64,000 bases of DNA from Eledone cirrhosa (Eukaryota), in the NCBI GenBank assembly GCA_964016885.1, contig OZ024740.1:214830001-214894000 (forward strand). Direction: 5' to 3'. Below are positions 1 to 10,269 of the stretch, piece after piece. The position numbers and the translations under genes are program-made. The notes beneath the pieces are model-generated. The model was not told the DNA's origin. It worked only from the letters and a program-made list of their open reading frames with translations, and did not search any database. Position 1 is the stretch's first letter, and each line of letters opens with the position of its first letter.

Positions 1-209
1 TATGTGTGTTTGCGTGTGTACGTGTGTATATATTTATATGTGTATATGTATCTCTATTTATATATGTATATATGTGTATGTATATCCCTTTATTTATGTA
101 TGTCTGAGTTGTGTGAGCGTGTGGTGGTGTTTGTATGTATATACGCATGCATGGATGTGTATGTATGTGTATATATGCGTATATGTATGTGTGTATGTGT
201 GTGTGAGTA

Positions 210-266
<57 letters not shown>

Positions 267-358
267 TATATGTGTGTGTATGTGTATATATATCTTTATA
301 TATGTGTATGTGTATGTGTGTGTATGTATGTGTGTGTATATATATATATGTGTGTGTA

Positions 359-405
<47 letters not shown>

Positions 406-504
406 ATGTGTGTATATATATATATATATAGAGATTTATATGTGGGTATGTATGTGTATGTGTGTATATACATGAGTGTGTTTATATATGTGTCTAGATA
501 TGTG

Positions 505-589
<85 letters not shown>

Positions 590-810
590 TGTGAATGTAT
601 ATATATATATATATGTATGCGTGTATGTGTGTATATATATATATATATGTGTGTGTATGTGTGTATATGTCTATGTCTTTATATGTGTATATGTATGTGT
701 CTCTATATGTATGCGTGTGTGTATGTGTATGCGTATTTATATGGTGTGTGTATGTATATGTATGTGTATGTATGTGTTTATGTATATGTGTATGTATATG
801 TATGTGTATA

Positions 811-849
<39 letters not shown>

Positions 850-905
850 GTATGTATATCGATGTATATTTTATATTTTACTTGTTTATATATATATATA
901 TATAT
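1..905. repeat. Compound (TA)n/(TG)n/(TATG)n microsatellite field
   Basis: Nearly pure TA/TG dinucleotide runs. The overlapping YI/CV ORFs are translations of the repeat. Confidence 0.97.
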
Positions 906-1049
906 TTTCTTGATATATTTCTTTTTTCTTTTTCTTTTCTTTTTATTTCTAAATTTATAGATACATTTATAAATAGGCAGTCTGCTGACACCGGTGAATA
1001 CTGACCTTTTCTCCCCCCCCCCCCACCTACTTTCTGTATCTGGATCTAA

Positions 1050-1410
1050 ATATGTGTGGCAGTGTTTATGTGCGCGCATTAATGTCCATATGCTTATGAT
1101 AATAGTATATACACATATATATGTGTGTAGGGGTGTGTGTGTGTATGTATGTTCGTGGTTGTGTGTATGTTTATGCGTATACGCGCGTGTGTGTGTGAAT
1201 GTACGTATATGTGTGAGTATATGAATGTGTGTGTATATTTGTTTTTATATTTATATGTGTATACGTATTTTATCTGTAGATTATAAACATACAGAGACAT
1301 TAGCCTTGAATTTTTGTATTTACATACATCTTTTTGGCATGCGTATGCATGTGAACATATATCTTTATGCATATCTGTGAACGAAGTTAATTACATATAT
1401 ACACACACAT
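1050..1410. repeat. Degenerate TG/TA microsatellite-rich sequence
   Basis: Interrupted gtgtgt/tatata/acacac runs. Confidence 0.8.
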
Positions 1411-1506
1411 AACTGTATAAACTTTTTGTATTTTCATTGGTCAATTTGAACTGTGTTCCCAAACAGACCTGTAATTTTGAATTGTTGTTATTATCAATAA
1501 ATATAT

Positions 1507-1660
1507 TTCATTATTTCTGAAGACGGCATATATATGTGTTGGTATGTATATTTAATTTTGATAGTTTGTATAATTTTGTATAATTTTGTACATAGATCTG
1601 TTGAATATGCATGCCAATTCTAACACATATATATCCTAGAAACGATCGTTAAATAATGAA
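1507..1660 (+). ncRNA. Type I hammerhead ribozyme-like fold with very long stem II (PLE-type)
   Basis: Stem I is ttcattattt (1507-1516) paired with aaataatgaa (1651-1660), 10/10 bp. Core CTGAAGA (1517-1523) and GAAAC (1639-1643), palindromic GATC loop, NUH triplet GTT (1648-1650). Stem II pairs atatatatgtgtt/aacacatatatat and ggtatgtatatttaa/ttgaatatgcatgcc. The stem II base next to the core is mismatched. Confidence 0.72.
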
Positions 1661-1854
1661 CTTTTTTTGTTTAATATAAGGAACTGTTTCATTGTTTTAT
1701 TCATTATTTTTTTAATATTTTATCTTGACTCTGTATTCCGTTTATCTTTCACCGAAAGTGATATTTCATTGCATCTCTTCTTTCCATGATATCCGGATTA
1801 CATTGAGTTCTTCATACGGATTGGACACTACCGTAAACTCTTGGTAGATTTATC

Positions 1855-1858
<4 letters not shown>

Positions 1859-1912
<54 letters not shown>
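1859..1912. repeat. (TA)n microsatellite between the two convergent ribozyme-bearing repeats
   Basis: Pure TA run. Confidence 0.97.
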
Positions 1913-1915
<3 letters not shown>

Positions 1916-2081
1916 AGGTGTATTATTGGTTGTGTCATACAGTCCAATAAACTTTTGTTAGCAATATTAAGTTATCCACGCTTCTGTATATCTCCAAATC
2001 CATTTATGGGAACAGCTAGATCATGTAAAACGGAGTATTTGTATCAAAATAAAGATCCGAAGGCATGGTATCAATTTCCCA

Positions 2082-2170
2082 TCATTTTAATCACGACACA
2101 TGTTTCAATAAGAGATAGATCGATCGTGCGGCCATGATCGATTATCACTGATCTCGTCAGGTGAAAATGA
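2082..2170 (-). ncRNA. Type I minimal hammerhead ribozyme in PLE pseudo-LTR
   Basis: The minus strand reads tcattttcac-CTGACGA-[gat cagt gata atcgatc atg gccg cac gatcgat c tatc tctt att]-GAAAC-ATGT-GTC-gtga tt aaaatga. Core boxes are intact, with a GUC cleavage triplet and palindromic ACATGT in stem III. Stem I is tcac/gtga plus tcatttt/aaaatga. Confidence 0.8.
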
Positions 2171-2384
2171 ATTGTCTTCAAATCCTTGATATGAGGGAGA
2201 AAATTTAACGATCTTCACTCAGTAGAGTTTTGTCCCCCATATGAAGATTAAGCAGCCAAAACACGCCGGGTAAGTTCCCAGGGGTTGGGGTGACCCGACT
2301 CGCCTCACGCGTATGAGTCCGCTCATCCATAAAGCTGCCATTAGATCTGCCATGTCTCATCCCGCCTTGGGCTGTCCTAAGTCT

Positions 2385-2955
2385 ACTATAATTCATCTTA
2401 GCTATAATCTGAGCTATGTTACTGGTTGTGGAGTAGAACAGCTTGATGGTATTCCTATTGAATATTTTATAGTATCTATGTGATCTAGGGAAGCATTTGT
2501 CTAAGGCCCTAAAGAAGAGCTTAGCTATACTCGTGGTCAGGCCGGTGGAGTATGGGGGTTGTACCACATGATTTTTCTAGCCCGATGCCCCTTGTTCTTA
2601 TATACTAGTGTTATCTGTCTCTTTGGTTGTTACTGGTCTATTAGAACTGATAACTGCCTGTGGGTCGATGGTGTCCTGGGGTGTCCAGATGGTGTTCAGA
2701 ATCGTCCCAAGTCTCCGGGGCGGTGTACCCCCCCCCCCATGCACTCAACACCTATCTTACAAGCCCAAGGGCCCATTTGATTGGTAAACGCACATACTGA
2801 CACCTTAACTCAAATACCCAACCCTACACAGAGCCCCTTGGTGGCCTACATGGCGGTTGCTTGCACGCACAGATTTGGGGGCTCAGATTCTCAATGGGTC
2901 AACGGCACATACAGAGTCCGATATGAGCGGACTACTTGCTCTTCACATGGATGTG
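2385..2955 (-). pseudogene. Penelope-like reverse transcriptase C-terminal (thumb/linker) fragment, frameshifted
   Basis: RARKIMWYNP / PYSTGLTTSIAKLFFRALDKCFPRSHRYYKIFNRNTIKLFYSTTSNIAQIIAKMN matches the recalled PLE motif W(F/Y)NPPYS..D.HFP..H...KIFNRNT.K.SYS...N...II. A 1-C loss at 2554-2558 shifts the frame. Upstream remnants are HQGALCRVGY (~2814-2843) and HIHVKSK* (~2932-2955). Confidence 0.82.
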
Positions 2956-3840
2956 TATATACCAAAACATACACTTTTTTAGACGATACGTATGTGTATA
3001 TACCAAAACATACACTTTTTTAGACGATACGTATGTGTATATACCAAAACATACACTTTTTTAGACGATACGTATGTGTATATACCAAAACATACACTTT
3101 TTTAGACGATACGTATGTGTATATACCAAAACATACAATTTTTTAGACGATACGTATGTGTATATACCAAAACATACACTTTTTTAGACGATACGTATGT
3201 GTATATACCAAAACATACAATTTTTTAGACGATACGTATGTGTATATACCAAAACATACACTTTTTTAGACGATACGTATGTGTATATACCAAAACATAC
3301 ACTTTTTTAGACGATACGTATGTGTATATACCAAAACATACACTTTTTTAGACGATACGTATGTGTATATACCAAAACATACAATTTTTTAGACGATACG
3401 TATGTGTATATACCAAAACATACACTTTTTTAGACGATACGTATGTGTATATACCAAAACATACAATTTTTTAGACGATACGTATGTGTATATACCAAAA
3501 CATACACTTTTTTAGACGATACGTATGTGTATATACCAAAACATACACTTTTTTAGACGATACGTATGTGTATATACCAAAACATACACTTTTTTAGACG
3601 ATACGTATGTGTATATACCAAAACATACACTTTTTTAGACGATACGTATGTGTATATACCAAAACATACAATTTTTTAGACGATACGTATGTGTATATAC
3701 CAAAACATACACTTTTTTAGACGATACGTATGTGTATATACCAAAACATACACTTTTTTAGACGATACGTATGTGTATATACCAAAACATACAATTTTTT
3801 AGACGATACGTATGTGTATATACCAAAACATACACTTTTT
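2951..3840. repeat. 41-bp minisatellite, ~21.7 copies
   Basis: Unit atgtgtatataccaaaacataca(c/a)ttttttagacgatacgt. The period is 41 (taccaaaac at 3001, 3042 and so on) and copies are nearly identical. Confidence 0.97.
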
Positions 3841-4197
3841 ACAATGCAATCTATACACGTATAGCAGAACATTGAATTGAATTTACTTGCGTGTGTATAG
3901 GGCTGCGGTTGACCCAATTTCTCCAATTTACATCGTCAAATGGAGATTTGACCAATATAACATTTGTTGTTTTGTAAACTAACTTTCGGTGAATACCATG
4001 TTGGTTTGTATATATATATTTTTTTCTTCGACCTCGCGTCGGTGTGTGTGAGTGTGTGTGTACTCACTCACACTAACTGTGACCGACTGTAATTCTAAAG
4101 ATTTGATGTTGAGATTAGACCCGTTCAGTGTCTTTTACAGCTATTGAGAGATAGAAACTTGATAGTTTTATGACCCTAACTGAGGACGATAGCAGCT

Positions 4198-4387
4198 GGC
4201 GTGTTTTGGCTGCTTAATCTTCATATGGGGGACAAAACTCTAGTGAGTGAACATCGATAAATTTTCTCCCTCATATCAAGGAGATAATCGATCATGGCCG
4301 CACGATCGATCTATCTCTTATTGAAACATGTGCCGTGATTAAAATGATGGGAAATTGATACCATGCCTTCGGATCTTTATTTTGATA
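4198..4387 (+). repeat. Inverted copy of pseudo-LTR with hammerhead core deleted
   Basis: Reverse complement of 2042-2267, but lacking 36 bp that include CTGACGA, and with GTC changed to GCC. It ends directly in (TA)n at ~4386-4405. Confidence 0.88.
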
Positions 4388-4429
4388 TATATATATATAT
4401 ATATAGACCTCCAACAACAGGTTTTGGGG

Positions 4430-4570
4430 TATATAGTCACGTCCCTTTCTGTTCTGAGTTCAAATCCCACCGAGGTTAGCTTTGCTTTTCATCCTTACGG
4501 ATTCGATAACCAACTTTCCCCAAAATTGTTCACTTTTTTTACCAAAAGAAGATCCATAAATAAGTGCCAA
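4430..4570 (+). mobile_element. tRNA-derived SINE fragment (same family as 8.46-9.74 kb copies)
   Basis: B-box gagttcaaatccc followed by the core gctttgcttttcatccttacggattcgataa. It is the reverse complement of the core of the downstream copies. Confidence 0.7.
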
Positions 4571-4597
4571 ACCGAACGGCAGTAGAAGAAACACTGG

Positions 4598-4604
4598 TAG
4601 TAGC

Positions 4605-4698
<94 letters not shown>

Positions 4699-4789
4699 AC
4701 AACAACAAGAAGCTGCAGTAACAGCCACAACAACAACGACAATGACAACAACATTACCAATAACGACGATGAAGATGATGATGATGATG
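4598..4789. repeat. (TAG)n microsatellite grading into CAA/GAT triplets
   Basis: Direct inspection. Confidence 0.95.
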
Positions 4790-4793
4790 GCAT

Positions 4794-5198
4794 TGTAGCA
4801 AGCAACGGCACTATTTCATAGCTACGGAGTAATTTGGTCGTGCTTTGTCACTCGCCAACCCTTGGGGGTTGGTGGCGTATGAATACAAAGGATGACTTCC
4901 GCCCAGCAGTTGCTTCGCGCCTTTTTTTCAGTTCTACCCATCAGTTGCGGTTTTTCATTTCGTCGACACCGGACCTCACAAATTACGTTCCCGGTCGACA
5001 ACTAGCAAGATATAGTACTTATAGTACTTACCAAGAGAATTTGGCCCTCTTGACAAGGGCCCAGCAACATTCTTCCTACCTAAATATATTTCACACACAT
5101 TGTTATCGTTCAACTTAACTATGCCTTTCTGTTACCAATATTTGATACAACATGTATAACTTATTATACTAAAGTAGTTACGTCTGGATTTTCTTAGG
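4794..5198 (+). repeat. Direct repeat copy 1 (putative 5' LTR; TG...CA 4794-5152)
   Basis: Colinear with 6716-7145 with scattered substitutions and a 9-bp duplication (atagtactt). Confidence 0.85.
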
Positions 5199-5808
5199 TG
5201 AATTACATTTTTATCGTTCAACTTAACTATGTCTTAATTTGCAGCTCTTCACTCTCTTTGTACTTGTATTAATATGTTTGGAGGAAAATAAACCATTATT
5301 ATATGTTTAAATAAACCTTCTGATCCTTTCCTCAATAAAGAAACTTAAACACACAGCATTACACATCTAGATCTTCTTTTCGGATAATTTCCGCAACCAA
5401 GAATTTTAATTAAAGAATTTTTGCTAAAGTGGCGACTTACCGGCGTGGGAATATTTCTGTGGGAAATTTTCCTTAAAGGAAAAATTTAGCAGCATTTTGA
5501 AATTACAACACGTGAGGATTTTTTAAATGGCTACCGCCCACGCCAAAACGCACATGTTGCGTCTTGCTCAAATAATTTTTACCGTGAAAATTTTAATCTT
5601 GTTTTGCTTTCGTTTGTTGTTTTAAAACAAATTTTCTAGGCTCGACCGGAGGATATTCCTAACAACTATAACACCAACAGTTATTACTACAACAACAGCT
5701 GCAGCAGGAACAGCATCATCACGGACAGCACCGACGGCGACAACAACTGCAGCATTAACAACAACAAAAACAAGAGCGGTAGTTATATAATTATACCACC
5801 ACCAACAC

Positions 5809-5973
5809 CACGCTGTCTCCGATGCAAAGCTTTCGCTTGTGGTTGATGCATCGGATACAGCAGTTGGTGCCGTTTTACAGCAATTTTATTCAGGACACCT
5901 GCAACTTCTGGCATTTCTCTCTCGGAAACTGAAGCCTGCCGAGACGCGATAGAGCACTTTTGGTCGCGAATTT
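5809..5973 (+). pseudogene. Ty3/Gypsy pol RNase H fragment
   Basis: HAVSDAKLSLVVDASDTAVGAVLQQFYSGHLQLLAFLSRKLKPAETR*STFGREF fits the DAS..GAVLQQ..SRKL.PAE.RYST..RE signature. In-frame TAG at 5950-5952 replaces Y. Confidence 0.9.
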
Positions 5974-6715
5974 GTCTGTCTTTGACAACGTGTCAATATA
6001 TCACACTGGCGCCTAACATTCTATTGTATTGCATTTTTCATTCATACACGCATTCATGTTGTTTTCTTTTCCCTGTATGCGATCATTTGTTCACTTTTCT
6101 TGGGATGTGCCTAATATGATATTTCAATCGTCATTTCTTTTTCAACTTTTCAGACCGTTTTTTCCAAGTGTTTACGCTTGTAAATATTCTGTATTTGTTG
6201 GTTTAATTTTTTTTTTTTTTTTTTGCAATGTGCATACATACATTGCACCACAATTTTGTAACTTTATTGAGTAGTTTTTATCATTTCTGTGCCTTTTGAG
6301 CTCTGTTACCCGGCACTTTTTTACGTCGGATGTTCATTCATATTCTCTGCGCCCATGTCAGAAGCAACTTGCCTCTATTGGACCCCTAGTCGGTCGTGTA
6401 ATTAATAGACAAAGTTCCATGTCTTTGACAACGCGCCAGCATGATACACTGTCATGCTTATGGCATTAGCGCTAGCCACAGCTAGCCTCAACCTTTTCTT
6501 CTGTTGCCACTACTAATTCAACTACAGTAACCAACACACAGGTTTTCTGTAATTTTGAACTTTGACTCACCTTGCTGGTCCTGAAATTTTTACTAACAGT
6601 TATGCAGTGTTTTGCCTTTTCTTACACTCTTGTGAACATATTCTTTGTGTAAATATATTTGCCTTTTCTTTCCATTTTTTTATATTGTAACAGCATTTTG
6701 TCTGCAGAGGGGTAA

Positions 6716-7145
6716 TGTAGCAGGTAACGGCACTATTTCATAGCTACGGAGTAATTTGGTCGTGCTTTGTCACTCGCCAGCCCTTGGGGGTTGGTGGCGT
6801 ATGAATACAAAGGATTATTTCCGCCCAGCAGTTGCTTCGCGCCTTTTGTCAGTTCTACCCAAGAGTTGCGGTTTTTCACTTCGTCGACACCAGACTTCAC
6901 AAACTACGTTCCTTGCCAACAACTAGCAAGATATAGCACTTACCAAGAATCGTTTGCCCTCTTGGTAAGGACCCAGCAACATTCTTCCTACCTAAATATA
7001 TTTCACACACATTGTTATCGTTCAACTTAACTATGCCTTTCTGTTACCAATATTTGATACAATATGTATGACTTCTTACTAAAGTAGTTACGTTCCAGAT
7101 TATTACTGAGCGGAACAACGTAACTACGTTCTGGATTTTCTTAGG
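6716..7145 (+). repeat. Direct repeat copy 2 (putative 3' LTR)
   Basis: Homologous to 4794-5198 and preceded by a PPT-like tract. Confidence 0.85.
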
Positions 7146-7871
7146 AGAATTTTATCAACCCAAATAGCTGGTACTTCATTTTATCAACCCAAACAGCTTA
7201 CTTCAAAACTATTGTTGATACAGGAAAACAACAAGGAACCGAGTAAATAGTGTGTTATGTGGGTTTACGTGAATGTAGTAGTCGTCTGACGAGATTTATG
7301 AACTAACCTTTATTGAAGTAGTCCAACCCTCTCGACTGGGTTGGATTGTTTGACTAAATGCTACATCTCTCTACTGCTTGAGCAACTCAAAGTATGTCCT
7401 CACCTTTTGAGAAACCAGAATGGAATGACTTAGAGAAAAACTTATCTCTTTTAACCTCAAGTTGTCCAGTCTCTCCAGACCAGTGGCGCCAACCCGAGAT
7501 AAAGAGAAACAGGCCACAGGTCAGCTGAGACGATTTTAGGTCAAGTTTTGTAGTGGCCGCTTAATAGATCAAACGAAACCCTATTGCAGAGAGTATCAAA
7601 TTACTGCTGACTGGTAATCGAACACACCAGTTTGTTGCTAGAGAAGGTGAGAAATCATTTTACGTACATTACTAACGATAATTCCATTGACTTGGAAACA
7701 TTAGCAATATATTTTTATTTTATTTTATTCTATTTTTCTTTCCCAAATCAGAAGCAATAATACTGATTTCTTTGAAGTTTGTAATGCGGTGTATATGTAA
7801 AGCATGTATCGGAACGGAATCGGTACAAAACAGAAAATTAATATGATTATTGAAAAGCAAAATAAAATGTA

Positions 7872-7875
<4 letters not shown>

Positions 7876-7958
<83 letters not shown>

Positions 7959-7966
7959 CTCTCTCT
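7876..7966. repeat. (CT)n microsatellite
   Basis: Near-pure CT run. Confidence 0.97.
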
Positions 7967-8084
7967 ATTTCAACAGGTTATCCTTTCACTGTCAAGATAA
8001 AAGTCATACATATGACGCAACGAAAAATCAGGCTGCTGCGTAGAAATATTGGATTTTCAGGCATTTGCTGTTAAAATAATCTAT

Positions 8085-8363
<279 letters not shown>

Positions 8364-8457
8364 AAAAAAAAAAGTTCAAATAGGTTTCAGGGGAAGTAAC
8401 TCCTACAAAGTATAAAGAATTATCTTAATTTACTTCTACAACGCTTATAACTGACAA

Positions 8458-8675
8458 CTAATAATGGCTTCTAATTTAAGTATAAGGCCAGAAATTTGGG
8501 GTTGGTATACGTCCAATAAATCTACCACAGTATTCAACTGGTACTTTATTTGATCAACCCTGGAAGGATGAAAGGCAAAGTTGACCTCGGTGGAGTTTGA
8601 ACTCAATGTAAAACACCTTAACTAAATACTATAAATTATTTTGTCCGAACAACTCTCTACCGATTGTGCCAATCC
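8458..8675 (-). mobile_element. tRNA-derived SINE copy
   Basis: Core ctggtactttatttgatcaaccctggaaggatgaaaggcaaagttgacctcggtggagtttgaactc. The minus strand gives A-box tggcacaatcgg and B-box gagttcaaactcc. Confidence 0.78.
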
Positions 8676-8721
8676 AGACAATCCCTGAAAACTAATTTTA
8701 AAAGCATAAATATACACATTG

Positions 8722-8985
8722 ACGAGGGTCGGCTGAACATTTCAGAGGCTGTGAGATCTTGCATGCATTCATTTCATCTGCATTGATTTAGCAAAATAAA
8801 ATGTACTCTTCTATGTTGAAAAATAAACCTAATTCGGTCATTCCATGAGAGTATCTTGGTCAACCTAAGAAGGTTCGTTGAAAAGTTCAGCAGCTGACTA
8901 TCAAGGACTGATGCTAGAGCTGTGAAATCTTGCTTGCATTAATTTCAACTCTTCTTATTGATAACTGCATTGTTTCTTTCCAGGG
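8722..8985 (+). mobile_element. Two remnants of a Tc1/mariner-like terminal sequence
   Basis: Related segments at ~8722-8790 (acgagggtcggctgaacatttc..gctgtgagatcttgcatgcatt) and ~8868-8985 (aaggttcgttgaaaagttc..gctgtgaaatcttgcttgcatt). They resemble recalled mariner CGAGGG..GAAAAGTT ends. No transposase seen. Confidence 0.4.
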
Positions 8986-9041
8986 ACTATTTAGAAACAT
9001 TCATGAGTCGGGCTGAACTGGGGTGCACTGGTCTGATATGA

Positions 9042-9745
9042 TTTATCGACCCCAAAATAATAGTTTCTACATTTGGCACCAGGCCAAGTATTTGTGAATT
9101 GGGGAAAAGTTAATTCAATTAACCTCAGTGCATTACTGGTACTTCATTTTATCAACCCAGTAAGGTTGAAAGACAAAACTAACCCCGATGGGATTTGAAC
9201 TGAGATTGTAAAGATTGTAAAGAGACATAACTATATGCCACAAAGCATGTTGTCCGGCACTCTACCGATTCTGCTAATCCTCTGACCTATTATCGACCTC
9301 AAAATAATGGTTTCTGAGGCCAACAATTTTGGGGGGATGAGAATGTCGATTAAATCGATCCCAGTGTGTTACTGGTACTTTGTTTTATCAACCTCGTAAG
9401 GATAAAAGGCAAAGCTAACCTCAGCGGGATTTGAAATCATAACGTAAAGGGCCATAACTATATGTCACGAAGCATGGCGTCCGACGCTCTACCAATTACT
9501 GCCAATCCACCGACCTTTTATCAACCTCAAAATAATAGAAAAATTTGACCTGAGTGGGATTTGAACTCAGAATGTAAAGTGACATAACTACATGGCGCAA
9601 AGTGTGTTGTCCGATGCTCTATTGATTACTGTCAATCCACTTTTGTTGACCTTAAAAGAGAAATTTGACCTGAGTGGGATTTGAACTCAGAATTTAAAGA
9701 GTGAGGGGAAATACTGAAGCTCTGACAACTCTGGGAATTCTCTGA
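9042..9745 (-). mobile_element. Tandem cluster of 2 full and 2 truncated tRNA-derived SINE copies
   Basis: Units at ~9042-9288, 9289-9517, 9518-9641 and 9642-9745, each with gggatttgaa(c/a)t (B-box reverse complement). They are joined by a ttatc(g/a)acc(t/c)caaaataa-type linker. A-box tggcagtaattgg on the minus strand at ~9492-9504. Confidence 0.8.
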
Positions 9746-9807
9746 CATAAACGATCATAGGGGAAGGTTAAATATAAATGGTGCTGGCGTCATTGAACAA
9801 TACATAC

Positions 9808-9877
9808 AGTGTGAGAGAGAGGGGGATAGAGAGAATGAGTGTGAGAGAGAGATAGAAAGAAAATGAGTAAGAGAGAG

Positions 9878-9909
<32 letters not shown>

Positions 9910-10116
9910 GGCTGGAATGTGTGGGGGGAAAGAGAGAGAGAGAAGGCTTGAGTGTGAGAGAGAGAGAAGACTGGAGTGAGGGAGAGAGAGATGGGGGCTG
10001 GAGAGAGAGTGTGTGTGTGTGTGAGAGAGAGAGGGAGGGAGAGAAGGCTGGAGTAAGGGAGAGAGAGAGAGAAGACTGGAGTGAGGGAGAGAGAGATGGA
10101 GGCTGGAGAGAGAGTA

Positions 10117-10147
<31 letters not shown>

Positions 10148-10204
10148 AGGCTGGAGTGAGAAAGAGAGAGTGTGTGTGAGAGAGAGAGAGAGGGAGAGAG
10201 AGAG

Positions 10205-10269
<65 letters not shown>

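Larger units (their letters stand above)
2042..4387 (-). mobile_element. Degenerate Penelope-like retroelement with inverted pseudo-LTRs
   Basis: Inverted repeat pair 2042-2267 / 4198-4387, a hammerhead motif inside the repeat, and a PLE RT C-terminal peptide on the minus strand between them. (TA)n tracts lie near or at both ends. Confidence 0.78.
4794..7145 (+). mobile_element. Internally deleted Ty3/Gypsy-like LTR retrotransposon relic
   Basis: Two ~400-bp diverged direct repeats starting TGTAGCA (4794-5198; 6716-7145). A purine tract agaggggtaa (6706-6715) abuts the second copy, and a Gypsy RNase H fragment lies between them. No clear PBS or TSD. Confidence 0.62.

Noticed and set aside
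2-1372. Multiple YIYI/CVCV/HTHT ORFs
   Set aside because: Translations of dinucleotide microsatellites in all frames, with no protein-like complexity.
2951-3840. Regular ~41-bp repeats resembling a CRISPR array
   Set aside because: Units are directly adjacent with no unique spacers, there are no cas genes, and the context is eukaryotic.
4180-4270. CTGAGGA followed by hairpin agcagc..gctgct as a third hammerhead
   Set aside because: No correctly placed GAAA box or closing stem I. At most a decayed motif.
5360-5660. Possible MITE or DNA transposon fragment with ggaaattttcc-type motifs
   Set aside because: Could not identify paired terminal inverted repeats or a TSD.
4834-7030. Two similar short ORFs (4834-5118 and 6767-7030) as duplicated genes
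   Set aside because: They lie inside the LTR-like direct repeats, differ in frame at their 5' ends and start at TTG.
6000-7500. TGGCGCC PBS-like motifs at ~6008 and ~7484
   Set aside because: Neither directly follows a defined LTR end, so the motif alone is too short to support.
9440-9515. tRNA gene suggested by A and B boxes
   Set aside because: No cloverleaf, and the boxes belong to repeated degenerate SINE heads.
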